Shown here in pieces: positions 1 through 9,017 of a stretch of DNA of 52,246 nucleotides. The notes beneath the pieces are model-generated. The model had not been told where the DNA came from. It searched no databases and saw only the letters and a program-made list of their open reading frames with translations. Position numbers and translations under genes: made by a program. How positions within the stretch are numbered: position 1 is the first letter of the stretch; the number at the start of each line of letters is the position of its first letter. Source of the DNA: Clostridia bacterium. Lineage in GTDB: Bacteria; Bacillota; Clostridia; Oscillospirales; CAG-272. Location of the stretch: contig JAFTLZ010000102.1 of the NCBI GenBank assembly GCA_017452665.1, positions 1 through 52,246 on the forward strand, written 5' to 3'.

Positions 1-1531
1 CACAGATTATGTTAATCTTGATGATACGCATACGTCGGAGCTTTTATCTACTATACGCCAAAATCTGAACGGTGGCGGTTGGGGGTTGTACTATGTAATT
101 GAGTGTTATGAGGATCTATGCTCAAATGTACTAACCATTTTCGGTGGTCTTGCACTTACCGTGTCATTATTTATCAGCAAAATTCCTACCGAATCATGTT
201 CGCTAATAATATTGAACAATCCGTTAGTCGTTATTGCCGTGGTTGTTCTGATGTTGGCAGTTACCTTTATCGCACCGATCTTAAATAACAAGTCAGGTAG
301 CTATTACGCTAAATACGCAGATTCTCATAACCTTGGAAACCGTTTGTTTTCTTTCTTCGGCTATCTTGGATACTACACCGAACTTGGAACAGACATGAGA
401 ATGTACCGCCAAGATAAGATATGTGACAGATATAATCGAAACAAAGAAGATACCTTCGGTTCTAACGGCTTATTCGCTCACTTCGCTTGGGGTTCTATGG
501 GCTTGTATGCTGCTGCCTCTGCCGCCGTATCGGTTATCTTCACAGGAGTTGTATATATTTTCGTATGTCTTAAAGCATTGGCAGGTGCGTTCGGACTTGG
601 TTCGGTTACACAGTATATTGCTTCTATCACAAAGGTATCGGGCGGTATGTCAAGTCTTATATCCACCCTTGGTCTTATGCGTAACAATGCACCGTTCTTT
701 AAACTGATACTTGAATATTTGGATATTCCCAATAATATGTACCAAGGAAGTCTTACCGTGGAAAAACGCCGCGACCGTGATTATGAGATAGAGTTCCGCA
801 ATGTATCCTTCAAGTATCCCGGTAGCGAAAATTACGCACTCCGCAATGTCAATATGAAATTCAAAGTGGGCAAACGCCTTGCAGTTGTCGGGATGAACGG
901 CTCGGGCAAAACCACTTTTATCAAACTACTTTGCAGACTCTATGATCCCACTGAAGGAGAAATTCTGCTGAATGGTATTGATATTCGTAAGTACAATTAT
1001 CGGGAATACATGGACATCTTCGCTGTTGTGTTTCAGGACTTCAAGCTCCTTAGCTTGAAACTCGGCGAGAATGTAGCATCAAAGGTTGATTATGACAAAG
1101 AGCTTGTTACGGATTGCCTTGAAAAGGCAGGCTTCTCCGACAGACTTGCCGAAATGAAAAACGGCATGGAAACCTATCTCTACAAGGACTACGATAAAGA
1201 TGGCGTTGATGTTTCGGGCGGTGAAGGGCAGAAGATTGCTATCGCCCGTGCGCTCTACAAGGATGCTCCGTTCATTATCCTCGACGAGCCTACTGCTGCG
1301 CTTGATCCTATCGCAGAAGCGGAGATTTATTCCAAGTTCGATGAGATTGCGGGTGACAAAACCGCAATCTATATCTCCCACCGTCTGTCCTCTTGCAAGT
1401 TCTGCGACGAAATTGCCGTATTCCACGAAGGTGCGGTCATTCAGCAAGGAACGCACGCTTCGCTTGTTAGCGATGAAAATGGCAAATACTACGAGTTGTG
1501 GCACGCACAAGCACAGTACTATACGAAATAA
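1..1531 (+). CDS. ABC transporter permease/ATP-binding protein (exporter type), 5' end outside window
   Basis: The reading frame is open from base 2 with no stop before the listed ORF at 86. It has TM-rich N-terminal part, then Walker A GMNGSGKTT, signature VSGGEGQKIAIARAL, Walker B FIILDEPT and H-loop ISHR. Confidence 0.9.
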   Translation, partial: TDYVNLDDTHTSELLSTIRQNLNGGGWGLYYVIECYEDLCSNVLTIFGGLALTVSLFISKIPTESCSLIILNNPLVVIAVVVLMLAVTFIAPILNNKSGSYYAKYADSHNLGNRLFSFFGYLGYYTELGTDMRMYRQDKICDRYNRNKEDTFGSNGLFAHFAWGSMGLYAAASAAVSVIFTGVVYIFVCLKALAGAFGLGSVTQYIASITKVSGGMSSLISTLGLMRNNAPFFKLILEYLDIPNNMYQGSLTVEKRRDRDYEIEFRNVSFKYPGSENYALRNVNMKFKVGKRLAVVGMNGSGKTTFIKLLCRLYDPTEGEILLNGIDIRKYNYREYMDIFAVVFQDFKLLSLKLGENVASKVDYDKELVTDCLEKAGFSDRLAEMKNGMETYLYKDYDKDGVDVSGGEGQKIAIARALYKDAPFIILDEPTAALDPIAEAEIYSKFDEIAGDKTAIYISHRLSSCKFCDEIAVFHEGAVIQQGTHASLVSDENGKYYELWHAQAQYYTK

Positions 1532-1585
1532 AATGCTCTAAATAATGGGGAATACATTTGTCGTGCGATCGCCCAAATAAAAAAT

Positions 1586-1621
1586 AACGGCGGAAAAGAA
1601 GTAAGCTTCCTTTCCGCCGTT
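1586..1621. terminator. Hairpin between convergent ABC and rubredoxin genes (likely bidirectional terminator)
   Basis: AACGGCGGAAA (1586-1596) pairs with TTTCCGCCGTT (1611-1621). An A-run lies upstream. Confidence 0.55.
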
Positions 1622-1633
1622 CGCAATTTGTGT

Positions 1634-1792
1634 TTAATCCGCTTTGCTGAACTCTTCTTTTCCTACTCCGCAAAGGGGACATACAAAATCCTCGGGAAGA
1701 TCCTCGAATTTGGTGCCGGGAGCAATTCCGTTGTCGGGATCGCCAACTGCCTCATCGTATTCCCAGCCGCATACATCACATACATATTTCAT
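1634..1792 (-). CDS. Rubredoxin
   Basis: 52 aa, [14 protein letters not shown]...FVCPLCGV, with two CxxC pairs. A GGAGG RBS precedes the ATG at 1792. The upstream part of the listed 78-aa ORF is judged non-coding. Confidence 0.9.
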   Translation of the reverse strand: MKYVCDVCGWEYDEAVGDPDNGIAPGTKFEDLPEDFVCPLCGVGKEEFSKAD

Positions 1793-1829
1793 TGTTTTTC
1801 CTCCAGAATAAAATGATAAATTGATTTTG

Positions 1830-2342
1830 TTACAGTACCAAAGACGGTGCGGTATAAACTCTTGCCGCAAGCTCTTGGTTGAGCATATACAGACTCTTGG
1901 GATCCGAGCCGAACAGCTCCATTTTTGTAATCATATCCTTGGCGTTGGTCTCTTCTTCGCCCTGCTCCTTGACAAACCAATCAAGGAACTGCATCGTGCG
2001 GAAGTCTTTTACCTCATATGCCGCTGCATAAATATCGTTGATCAACGAGGTCACGTACTTCTCATGCTCCAGCCCTGCCTTGAGAACGTCCATGTGGCAG
2101 GTGATCGCTTTGTCGGGCTTGGCAATGGCTTCCAGCGTTACCTTTTGATCTTCATTCTGCAAATACTGATAGAACAGCATTGCATGGTCGCGCTCTTCCT
2201 GCGCCTGAACCTTATACCAGTTTGCAAAGCCATCCAATCCGGCATCCTCAAAATAGTTCGAAAAATCAAGGTAGAGGTATGCGGAATAAAATTCCTTGTT
2301 GATTTGGCTGTTCAACAGTTCATGTACCTTTGCATTCATCAT
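1830..2342 (-). CDS. ftn: Ferritin (non-haem, Ftn type)
   Basis: [24 protein letters not shown]...[10 protein letters not shown] shows ferritin di-iron ligand motifs. An AAGGAGG RBS precedes the ATG at 2342. Confidence 0.85.
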   Translation of the reverse strand: MMNAKVHELLNSQINKEFYSAYLYLDFSNYFEDAGLDGFANWYKVQAQEERDHAMLFYQYLQNEDQKVTLEAIAKPDKAITCHMDVLKAGLEHEKYVTSLINDIYAAAYEVKDFRTMQFLDWFVKEQGEEETNAKDMITKMELFGSDPKSLYMLNQELAARVYTAPSLVL

Positions 2343-2352
2343 TGATTCCTCC

Positions 2353-2736
2353 TTAAATATCCGTTTTCCACAAGCCGTGGAGATTGCAATATGCATAAGC
2401 CGCAATAGACTTTTCATCGATCAAAGCAAAGGTTGCAACGGGCGTTTTTCCAACTTCAAGACATTTTCGCTGACCGCCCTTATCGGTTTGAAGATAGACC
2501 CAAAGGATGCTGTGTTCCTCTGACATAGGATGCTCGACCGAACCGATCGCAACCTTTACGGTGTTGTTCTCAACCGTTACCACGGGAATATGCTTTTCGT
2601 GGCTGGCTTCCACGGTTCCAGACTCCAGCTTGGTCATTTTTTGTCCGCAGCAAATAATGGGAACACCCGAATCATGGATCATTCCGATCAAGTTGCCGCA
2701 ATGCTCGCAAATATAAAATTTATTGTTATCACACAT
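2353..2736 (-). CDS. dfx: Desulfoferrodoxin (superoxide reductase)
   Basis: N-terminal desulforedoxin-like CEHCGN...CCGQ. C-terminal SOR centre motifs HIP, EHPMSEEHSILW and CNLHGLW. Confidence 0.85.
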   Translation of the reverse strand: MCDNNKFYICEHCGNLIGMIHDSGVPIICCGQKMTKLESGTVEASHEKHIPVVTVENNTVKVAIGSVEHPMSEEHSILWVYLQTDKGGQRKCLEVGKTPVATFALIDEKSIAAYAYCNLHGLWKTDI

Positions 2737-2803
2737 GGTTTCGTTCCTCCGTGTCTTATTTTTTTGTTGTGAGTATATTATATCATTTTTTTAAACACGA
2801 TTC

Positions 2804-2818
2804 TGTGACTTAGTCACA
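2804..2818. promoter_or_regulatory. TGTGAC-TTA-GTCACA palindrome, candidate Crp/Fnr-family operator
   Basis: 15-nt near-perfect palindrome. It lies exactly 21 nt upstream (minus strand) of a TGATATAAT extended -10 (2777-2785) for the dfx operon. A near-identical site occurs at 5774-5788. Confidence 0.55.
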
Positions 2819-2860
2819 TATCAAAAAATCAAATGGTTGCATCAAAAATTACACCAATTC

Positions 2861-2889
2861 TTGAAAAACTTTCCAAAATGTGATATAAT
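2861..2889 (+). promoter_or_regulatory. Sigma-A type promoter of the Crp/Fnr regulator gene
   Basis: TTGAAA (2861-2866), 17-nt spacer, TATAAT (2884-2889) with a TG extension. Confidence 0.5.
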
Positions 2890-2972
2890 TACTAACGTCA
2901 ATCTGCGGCAACGCTTCTTACTGTTCATATTTCCATAGCATAGCCGTGTTTTTTAATAAAGGAGCTTTTAAA

Positions 2973-3650
2973 ATGGATGAATTGGAATTCACGCAACTTT
3001 TTGAGAAAACCTTTCCTTTTTGGAATCGGATGAGCGCGATGGATCGGGAAACCTTTTTGCGTTCTTCTCAGCGTGTTCAATTTAAGAAAGGAACGAATAT
3101 TCACAACGGAGACGAGTGCACCGGTGTGATCCTGGTCAGAAGCGGATTCCTGCGCCTGTATCTGCTTTCGGAGGATGGCAAGGAGGTCACGCTTTATCGA
3201 CTGTATCCGGGAGATATGTGTATTCTTTCCGCTTCCTGCGTTCTCAGCGCCGTTACCTTTGATGTGTTTGTGGATTCGGAAGAAAACAGTGATTGCATCG
3301 TTATCGGCGGTTGTGCCTATGAGGATCTCACCAGACGAATGCCCGAGGCTAAGATTTTTACGCTTGAAACCGCGCTCAGCCGTTTTTCGGACATTATGTG
3401 GGTCATGCAGCAGATTCTTTTTATGAGCATGGATAAGCGTCTTGCCATATTCTTGCTTGACGAATCAGCCAAAACAGGAAGTGATGTCGTCAAGCTGACG
3501 CACGAGCAGATTGCAAAATATACCGGTTCTGCCCGCGAGGTGATATCAAGAATGCTCAAATATTTTGCTTCCGAAGGCTGGATCTCCTCATCTCGAACGG
3601 AAGGTATCAGGATCCTTGACAAAAAGAAGCTTCGTGCCTTGACGCGTTGA
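2973..3650 (+). CDS. Crp/Fnr family transcriptional regulator
   Basis: N-terminal cNMP-binding-like beta-roll and C-terminal HTH (THEQIAKYTGSAREVISRMLKYF). AAAGGAG RBS before the ATG at 2973. Confidence 0.85.
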   Translation: MDELEFTQLFEKTFPFWNRMSAMDRETFLRSSQRVQFKKGTNIHNGDECTGVILVRSGFLRLYLLSEDGKEVTLYRLYPGDMCILSASCVLSAVTFDVFVDSEENSDCIVIGGCAYEDLTRRMPEAKIFTLETALSRFSDIMWVMQQILFMSMDKRLAIFLLDESAKTGSDVVKLTHEQIAKYTGSAREVISRMLKYFASEGWISSSRTEGIRILDKKKLRALTR

Positions 3651-3795
3651 TAAAGAGTTATACCCCAATCGATTTTTCATAATTTTCATTATAGCATAAA
3701 AAATAAGATAGGTCAAGAAGCGAAATGCTTTTCATATGTTTTTCTGCAATTTGTCTTGCATTTTGTTGGAAGCTGTGGTATAATGAAAATGCGAA

Positions 3796-4437
3796 TTGGG
3801 GAGGATACCCATTGTAAAAAACGAGATTCGCAAAAAGCAAATCAATACAAAGGGGGCGGCACCCATCGAAAAAAACGTGATTGTTGTTGATGAGCAAGGA
3901 AATGAATATGAAGCGACCTACCCGAAACGGGCGAGAGGTCTTGTAAAAAACGGCAGGGCACGCTTCGTAGGTGAAAATAAAATATGCCTTGCGTGTCCTC
4001 CGGATAAAATTTTGGAGGAAAACAAAATGGAAGAAAATAAATTGACATCCAGAGAAATATTCGTACAGCTTACCGTTCTTCAAAAGCAGTTAACAGAAAA
4101 CAGTCAAACCTCCTTGCATCGCTTATCCGATGCCATTACCTCGATTGGCGAAGAGGAAAATGAGGCTCGGTACGCACAGATTGCAGAGGTTTGTGATGTG
4201 TTTAAAACAAGAGAGTTGACGATCTTGAAAATGCTTGAAATGTATGAAAAAATGTACGAGGATGTTCAAAACGAGGAATCCCAAAGGGTGGATTTGATCA
4301 GCCGTGCTTTTGATCAGAATATGGCATTTATCAATGATTCCGATCTTCAAACGGAAGATAAATATGCCGCACTGGGATATGTGACCGATAAAATTGCAGA
4401 GCTCGTTGGAAAAATTCTCGTCAATAAAGAAAATTAA
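3796..4437 (+). CDS. Hypothetical protein (basic N-terminus, acidic coiled-coil-like C-terminus)
   Basis: 213-aa ORF behind a TTGCAT-N17-TATAAT promoter (about 3752-3780) and followed by a terminator. The start codon is uncertain (TTG at 3796 overlaps the GGGGAGG). Confidence 0.6.
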   Translation: MGRIPIVKNEIRKKQINTKGAAPIEKNVIVVDEQGNEYEATYPKRARGLVKNGRARFVGENKICLACPPDKILEENKMEENKLTSREIFVQLTVLQKQLTENSQTSLHRLSDAITSIGEEENEARYAQIAEVCDVFKTRELTILKMLEMYEKMYEDVQNEESQRVDLISRAFDQNMAFINDSDLQTEDKYAALGYVTDKIAELVGKILVNKEN

Positions 4438-4486
4438 CAACAAAATTGCAGTTCTCTTTTAAGGGGACACAGCAAAAAATACCCGG

Positions 4487-4536
4487 GCGGGGGCTTGAAT
4501 GTGATTGCACGTTCGAGCACCCGCCTTTTTTATTTT
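4487..4536 (+). terminator. Rho-independent terminator
   Basis: GCGGGGGCTTGAA pairs imperfectly with TTCGAGCACCCGC and is followed by CTTTTTTATTTTT. Confidence 0.6.
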
Positions 4537-4551
4537 TGAGATTAACGCTGT

Positions 4552-5316
4552 TTATCCCAACAGCACGTCCATGATGAGCATCATGGAAAATCCCGCCAGC
4601 AAGGCATAGGTTGCGCCGCGTTCACTTCCATGCGCGTGTGTTTCGGGAATCATTTCGTCACTGATGACGTACAGCATGGTACCGCCGGCAAATGCCAGCG
4701 CAAAGGGAAGAATCGTGGCGGATAAGCTGACTGCAAAGTATCCGATCAACGTTCCAACCACCTCAACCAGCCCTGTCAGCAACGCAATCAAAAAGGTGCG
4801 TCGCGGCGTAACTCCTGCTGCCAGCATGGGCGCAATGATGACCATCCCTTCGGGAATATTCTGCAGGGCAATACCGCCCGCAATGATCAGCGCCTGCGCA
4901 TGATCACCCGAACCAAAGCCAACGCCTGCCGCAATCCCTTCTGGCAAATTATGAATGGCGATCGCCATAACAAACAGCATGACCTTGCCCAAGCTGCTGT
5001 CTCCGTGTGCCTCCTGATCTACGCCCGCCAGCTTGTGTAGGTGCGGAACGACCTTGTCGATCAGGTTCAAACACACCGCCCCCAGAAAGAGCCCGGCAAC
5101 CGTGATCAGCAACGCGATAGGCGTACCGTACACCGTTCCGTATTCTACCGAGGGAATGATTAGTCCCAACACCGCGGCAGCCAGCATTACTCCTGCCGCA
5201 AATGCCAGCACGATGTCGCTGAACTTATGTGACATTTTTTTAAACAAAAATCCGATAGCTGCACCGATTACGGTAGCCCCGCCAACACCAAGGGCTGTCA
5301 GTAAAACAATGGTCAT
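4552..5316 (-). CDS. zupT: ZIP family divalent-metal transporter (ZupT-like)
   Basis: Multi-TM protein with IHNLPEGIA and LQNIPEG motifs typical of ZIP/ZupT. Confidence 0.85.
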   Translation of the reverse strand: MTIVLLTALGVGGATVIGAAIGFLFKKMSHKFSDIVLAFAAGVMLAAAVLGLIIPSVEYGTVYGTPIALLITVAGLFLGAVCLNLIDKVVPHLHKLAGVDQEAHGDSSLGKVMLFVMAIAIHNLPEGIAAGVGFGSGDHAQALIIAGGIALQNIPEGMVIIAPMLAAGVTPRRTFLIALLTGLVEVVGTLIGYFAVSLSATILPFALAFAGGTMLYVISDEMIPETHAHGSERGATYALLAGFSMMLIMDVLLG

Positions 5317-5397
5317 ACGATCACCTCACCGCTTTTGTCTTCCTTTTATAAGGTTCCGATCAATTCTTGTAACGCATCTTAAAAAGATCCGTACGGG

Positions 5398-5706
5398 TTA
5401 AGCCTCTAACATTGCAAGAATCTGTGCCTTTGGACGGGCGCCCGTGGCTTGATTGACGATCTGGCCATCCTTGATGACGACAAGTGTGGGAATACTGAAT
5501 ACCCCAAACTCGCCTGCAAGCTCCTGCTCATGGTCTACATTGACCTTGCCCACGATGATATCCTCACGTTCTTTTGCAATTTCGTCTATGACGGGAGAAA
5601 GCATACGGCAAGGACCGCACCAATCCGCATAAAAATCGAGAAGAATCGTCTTATTGCTGTTTTTGACTGCTTCAAAATTATTTTTGCTTATTTTGTGGAT
5701 TGACAT
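5398..5706 (-). CDS. trxA: Thioredoxin
   Basis: 102 aa with WCGPC active site. AAAGGAG RBS before the ATG at 5706. The longer listed ORF start has no RBS. Confidence 0.9.
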   Translation of the reverse strand: MSIHKISKNNFEAVKNSNKTILLDFYADWCGPCRMLSPVIDEIAKEREDIIVGKVNVDHEQELAGEFGVFSIPTLVVIKDGQIVNQATGARPKAQILAMLEA

Positions 5707-5773
5707 TTTAATTTCTCCTTTTCGATGTTTTTTTCTTTGTATTGATATTTTACCATATTGATATCTGCAATTC

Positions 5774-5788
5774 TGTGATTTAGTCACA
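5774..5788. promoter_or_regulatory. TGTGAT-TTA-GTCACA palindrome, second copy of the candidate Crp/Fnr operator
   Basis: Same 19-nt context (TTCTGTGAYTTAGTCACAT) as 2801-2819. It lies exactly 21 nt upstream (minus strand) of the TGGTAAAAT extended -10 (5747-5755) of trxA. Confidence 0.55.
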
Positions 5789-5928
5789 TTTTCTTCTTAA
5801 AAAGAATATTTTTTATCATCCTGAAAAAACGGTTGCTTTTGCTCTGATTTTATGATATACTGTAAATAAGCTCTCCACATACGGCAACGGAAACAACTTT
5901 GTGGGGGAATGAAGGAGCATACCAAGCG

Positions 5929-7605
5929 ATGAAGAAAAAAGAGTATATTTTATTAATGGAAAAGGCGCTTAGTGCATATTCTGAAGAACACATACGGCAA
6001 TATTTTGCTACGGTGAAGCAGAATGGGTTGAGCGAGCACGGTTTTCCGAGACTGACCGCAAACCTTGGAATTCTGATCTGCCACGGCATCCGAACCGATC
6101 TGTTGACTCTGTTTTGTGAGATGATGGATTTTTGATGTAAGACGGTTCCAACTGTCAAGGCGGCAAACGATTTTTCGGTTAAGGAATTGATATTTTGTAT
6201 TCTGGAGTTGGAAAATGCTCAAATTCTGGAACCGGATGCGATAGAGTGCTGGAAAAATTGTCTTGCTTCCATTCATCCCGAGGCCTGCTACAATCAGTAT
6301 GCCAAAACACCGGAGGAGCATCTGTTTAACTGGGTGCTGTTTACCGCAGTGAGCGAATATATGCGGCAATATCTTGGCCTTTGCAATTCATCGGAATTTA
6401 TTGATATCCAAATTTCAACGCAGCTGAGGCATCTGGATGAAAACGGGATGTATATGGATGCGGATATCCACCCGCCCATGGTGTATGATCTTGTGTCGCG
6501 CGGGCTCTTTTGTCTATTGTTGCACTTTGGCTATCACGGAACATATGCTGCACAAATGGATTCGTGCTTAAAAAAGGCAGGCCTTTTAACCCTGCAGATG
6601 CAATCGGTAAGTGGCGAGATCCCTTATGGGGGAAGGAGTAATCAATTTTTATTTAATGAAGCTCTTTTTGCCATTGTATGCGAATACGAGGCCAACCGAT
6701 ACGAGCGGGAAGGGAACCTTACTTTGGCAAATTGCTTCAAGGCGGCGATTACACGTGCACTTCGAGTCACGGCAGCATATTTGAATCAATCACCGATTCG
6801 CCACATCAAAAATCGCTTTTCTGTCAAAACCCAGTACGGCTGTGAGGAGTACGCTTACTTTGATAAATATATGATCACAACAGCGTCGTATTTATATGCC
6901 GCATATCTGCTTTGCAATGATACAGTTTCCGATGCAGAAGCGAGCAATACTTCCACGGCAATTTTTTGTTCATCATCGCATTTTCATAAGATTTTTTTGA
7001 AAAGTGGAGAATATGCGCTCGAATTTGATACCGATGCCGATCCGCATTACGATGCAAGCGGTTTGGGGCGCGTTCATCGCAAGGGCGCGCCGTCTGCAAT
7101 TTGCTTATCGGTGCCTTGCCCCTCAACGGCAAACTATATCATTGATCTTCCAAATCCGCCGGCGCTGTCACTCTGTCCTGGCGTTTTACAAGATGGTGTA
7201 TGGCAATTTGCTACGGGTGCGGACACAAAATATGAATTGCTTTCCGCAACGCAAACGGAGAATTACGCCTCGATGCAGCTTTCCTGCCGCTTCTCCGACG
7301 GGCAGTGCGTTACCGCAACGTACACCGTAGATCAAACGGGTGTGAAGATCGAAGTTTGCGGTGACGGTACGATTTCTTTTGCACTCCCTGCGCTCTGCTT
7401 TGACGGAGAAACATCTCCGCAGATTGCACAGAGTGAAAATCATCTCGCTGTGGCGTTGGATCATTGGGTCTGCCAATATACTACCGATGGAGCTATTCGG
7501 GATTCCGGAGCGGTCTCTTGCAACCGGAACGGTCACTACCGTGCGTTTTTTGCAACTGCAAATCAAAAATTGAACGTACATATCGAAATTTTTTCAGATG
7601 ATTGA
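5929..7605 (+). pseudogene. Large soluble protein of unknown function interrupted by one in-frame TGA (6133-6135)
   Basis: ORFs 5899-6135 and 6187-7605 are in the same frame and separated only by a single TGA. GAAGGAG RBS before the ATG at 5929. No independent RBS before 6187. Confidence 0.6.
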
Positions 7606-7688
7606 GAAGCCCATACTTTTCTCCGCTTGTTTCTTAAAATGCATTTTTATGAGTGCAAGATTTCTATTTTTTTGAGCAAATTTTTTCA

Positions 7689-7717
7689 TTGACAACATGG
7701 TATTGATTTGTTATAAT
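7689..7717 (+). promoter_or_regulatory. Consensus sigma-A promoter
   Basis: TTGACA (7689-7694), 17-nt spacer, TATAAT (7712-7717). Confidence 0.55.
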
Positions 7718-7840
7718 GATAATAAAAAGCGCATAAAGATTTTGATTGCGGAGGATGGGTATGGTTTTACTGAATGAGGAATCGAAAAAAGATATTGCGC
7801 ATTTTGGGAAAATGAAGCTTATGACCGCTTTTTAACTTAC

Positions 7841-8830
7841 ATGGCGATTGGAAAAGGTGCAAACTTACGTCCGGAAGGGATGAGTGACGAGGAGTTCGTT
7901 TATTATAAATGGAGCAATATTGATTATCGCGTACGCTGTGCAGAAAGCAGCTGCAGGAACGCGCAGTATTTTTTAGATGCTTTTCCCAGGAAATTTATCA
8001 ATTTTGGACCGGGATCGCTTGCACCAAGCATCGGCGGAAATTTTCAGTACGCAGCAAATACAATTTGGTTCGATCAAAATCCGGTGATACGGGATTGGAA
8101 AAGTGCTCCCCGATTTGCTTTTAACGAGCAAGAAGAATTATGGCAAAAAACGCTTGCATTTACCGATGCAATTCTTGATACCGGTATGATGTACGCATCG
8201 GTTTCGGATTTGGGCGGTACTATGGATATCATTGCATCTCTGCGCGGAACAAATGATCTGTTGTTTGATTTGTATGATTATCCGGAGGAGATCAACGCTC
8301 TGCGAAAAACGGTGCAGGCTGCTTGGAAGCAGGCGTATACGATTCTGGCCGATCGCATTCTTGCCCGTGTTGATGGCACGACCTCTTGGATGCCTGTTTG
8401 GTGCCGCGACCGTTATTCTCCCTTGCAATGCGATTTTTCGGCTATGATCTCTCCCGATATGTTCGAAGAATTTATTTTGCCAGATCTGATTGAAATGACC
8501 GAATTTTTGGATAAATCCATTTATCATATGGATGGAATCGATGAAATTCCGCATTTGGATCATTTGCTGTCGATTCCGCGTTTGAATGCCATTCAGTGGA
8601 CTTCCGGTGCCGGTCATGAAGACGTGGCGGATCCGTGTTGGTTTGAAATGTATGATAAAATTCAAGCTGCGGGAAAAGGGTTGGTATTATTTGTAGGAAA
8701 CAATGACCTGTTGGAGCCGTTGTTAAAGCACCTTTCTCCGAAAGGCGTATTTCTGTCTGTTGGTGCCAAGGATGAATACGAGGCAAAGCAGATTTCACAT
8801 ATGATCGAATCGATTGGTTTGAAAAAGTAA
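7841..8830 (+). CDS. Uroporphyrinogen-decarboxylase (URO-D)-like family protein; true N-terminus probably at 7761 via a frameshift
   Basis: 329-aa ORF with overall URO-D-like sequence character, recognised from memory only. There is no RBS before 7841. A GGAGGA RBS plus ATG lies at 7761 in another frame (see finding). Confidence 0.7.
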   Translation: MAIGKGANLRPEGMSDEEFVYYKWSNIDYRVRCAESSCRNAQYFLDAFPRKFINFGPGSLAPSIGGNFQYAANTIWFDQNPVIRDWKSAPRFAFNEQEELWQKTLAFTDAILDTGMMYASVSDLGGTMDIIASLRGTNDLLFDLYDYPEEINALRKTVQAAWKQAYTILADRILARVDGTTSWMPVWCRDRYSPLQCDFSAMISPDMFEEFILPDLIEMTEFLDKSIYHMDGIDEIPHLDHLLSIPRLNAIQWTSGAGHEDVADPCWFEMYDKIQAAGKGLVLFVGNNDLLEPLLKHLSPKGVFLSVGAKDEYEAKQISHMIESIGLKK

Positions 8831-8956
8831 CATACTGTAAAACGGCTGTTTGACACCTTAGGTGATCTGGCTGCCGTTTTTTGAGTTCTGTTTGCCATAT
8901 TGTAACATTTTTTACGTTATATCGTTTGATATAACCCCACTATAACATTTTGGTTA

Positions 8957-8985
8957 TTCACATTTTCCGAAAAGTATGTTAAAAT
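8957..8985 (+). promoter_or_regulatory. Putative adhE promoter
   Basis: TTCACA (8957-8962), 17-nt spacer, TAAAAT (8980-8985). Confidence 0.35.
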
Positions 8986-9017
8986 AATAACGAACTCAAG
9001 AAAACGGAGGATCGGAT

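Noticed and set aside
6133-6135. Selenocysteine recoding of the in-frame TGA.
   Set aside because: I could not fold a convincing SECIS-like stem-loop in the 60 nt downstream (only 3-bp stems), and no redox motif surrounds the site. A nonsense mutation or a sequencing error is more parsimonious.
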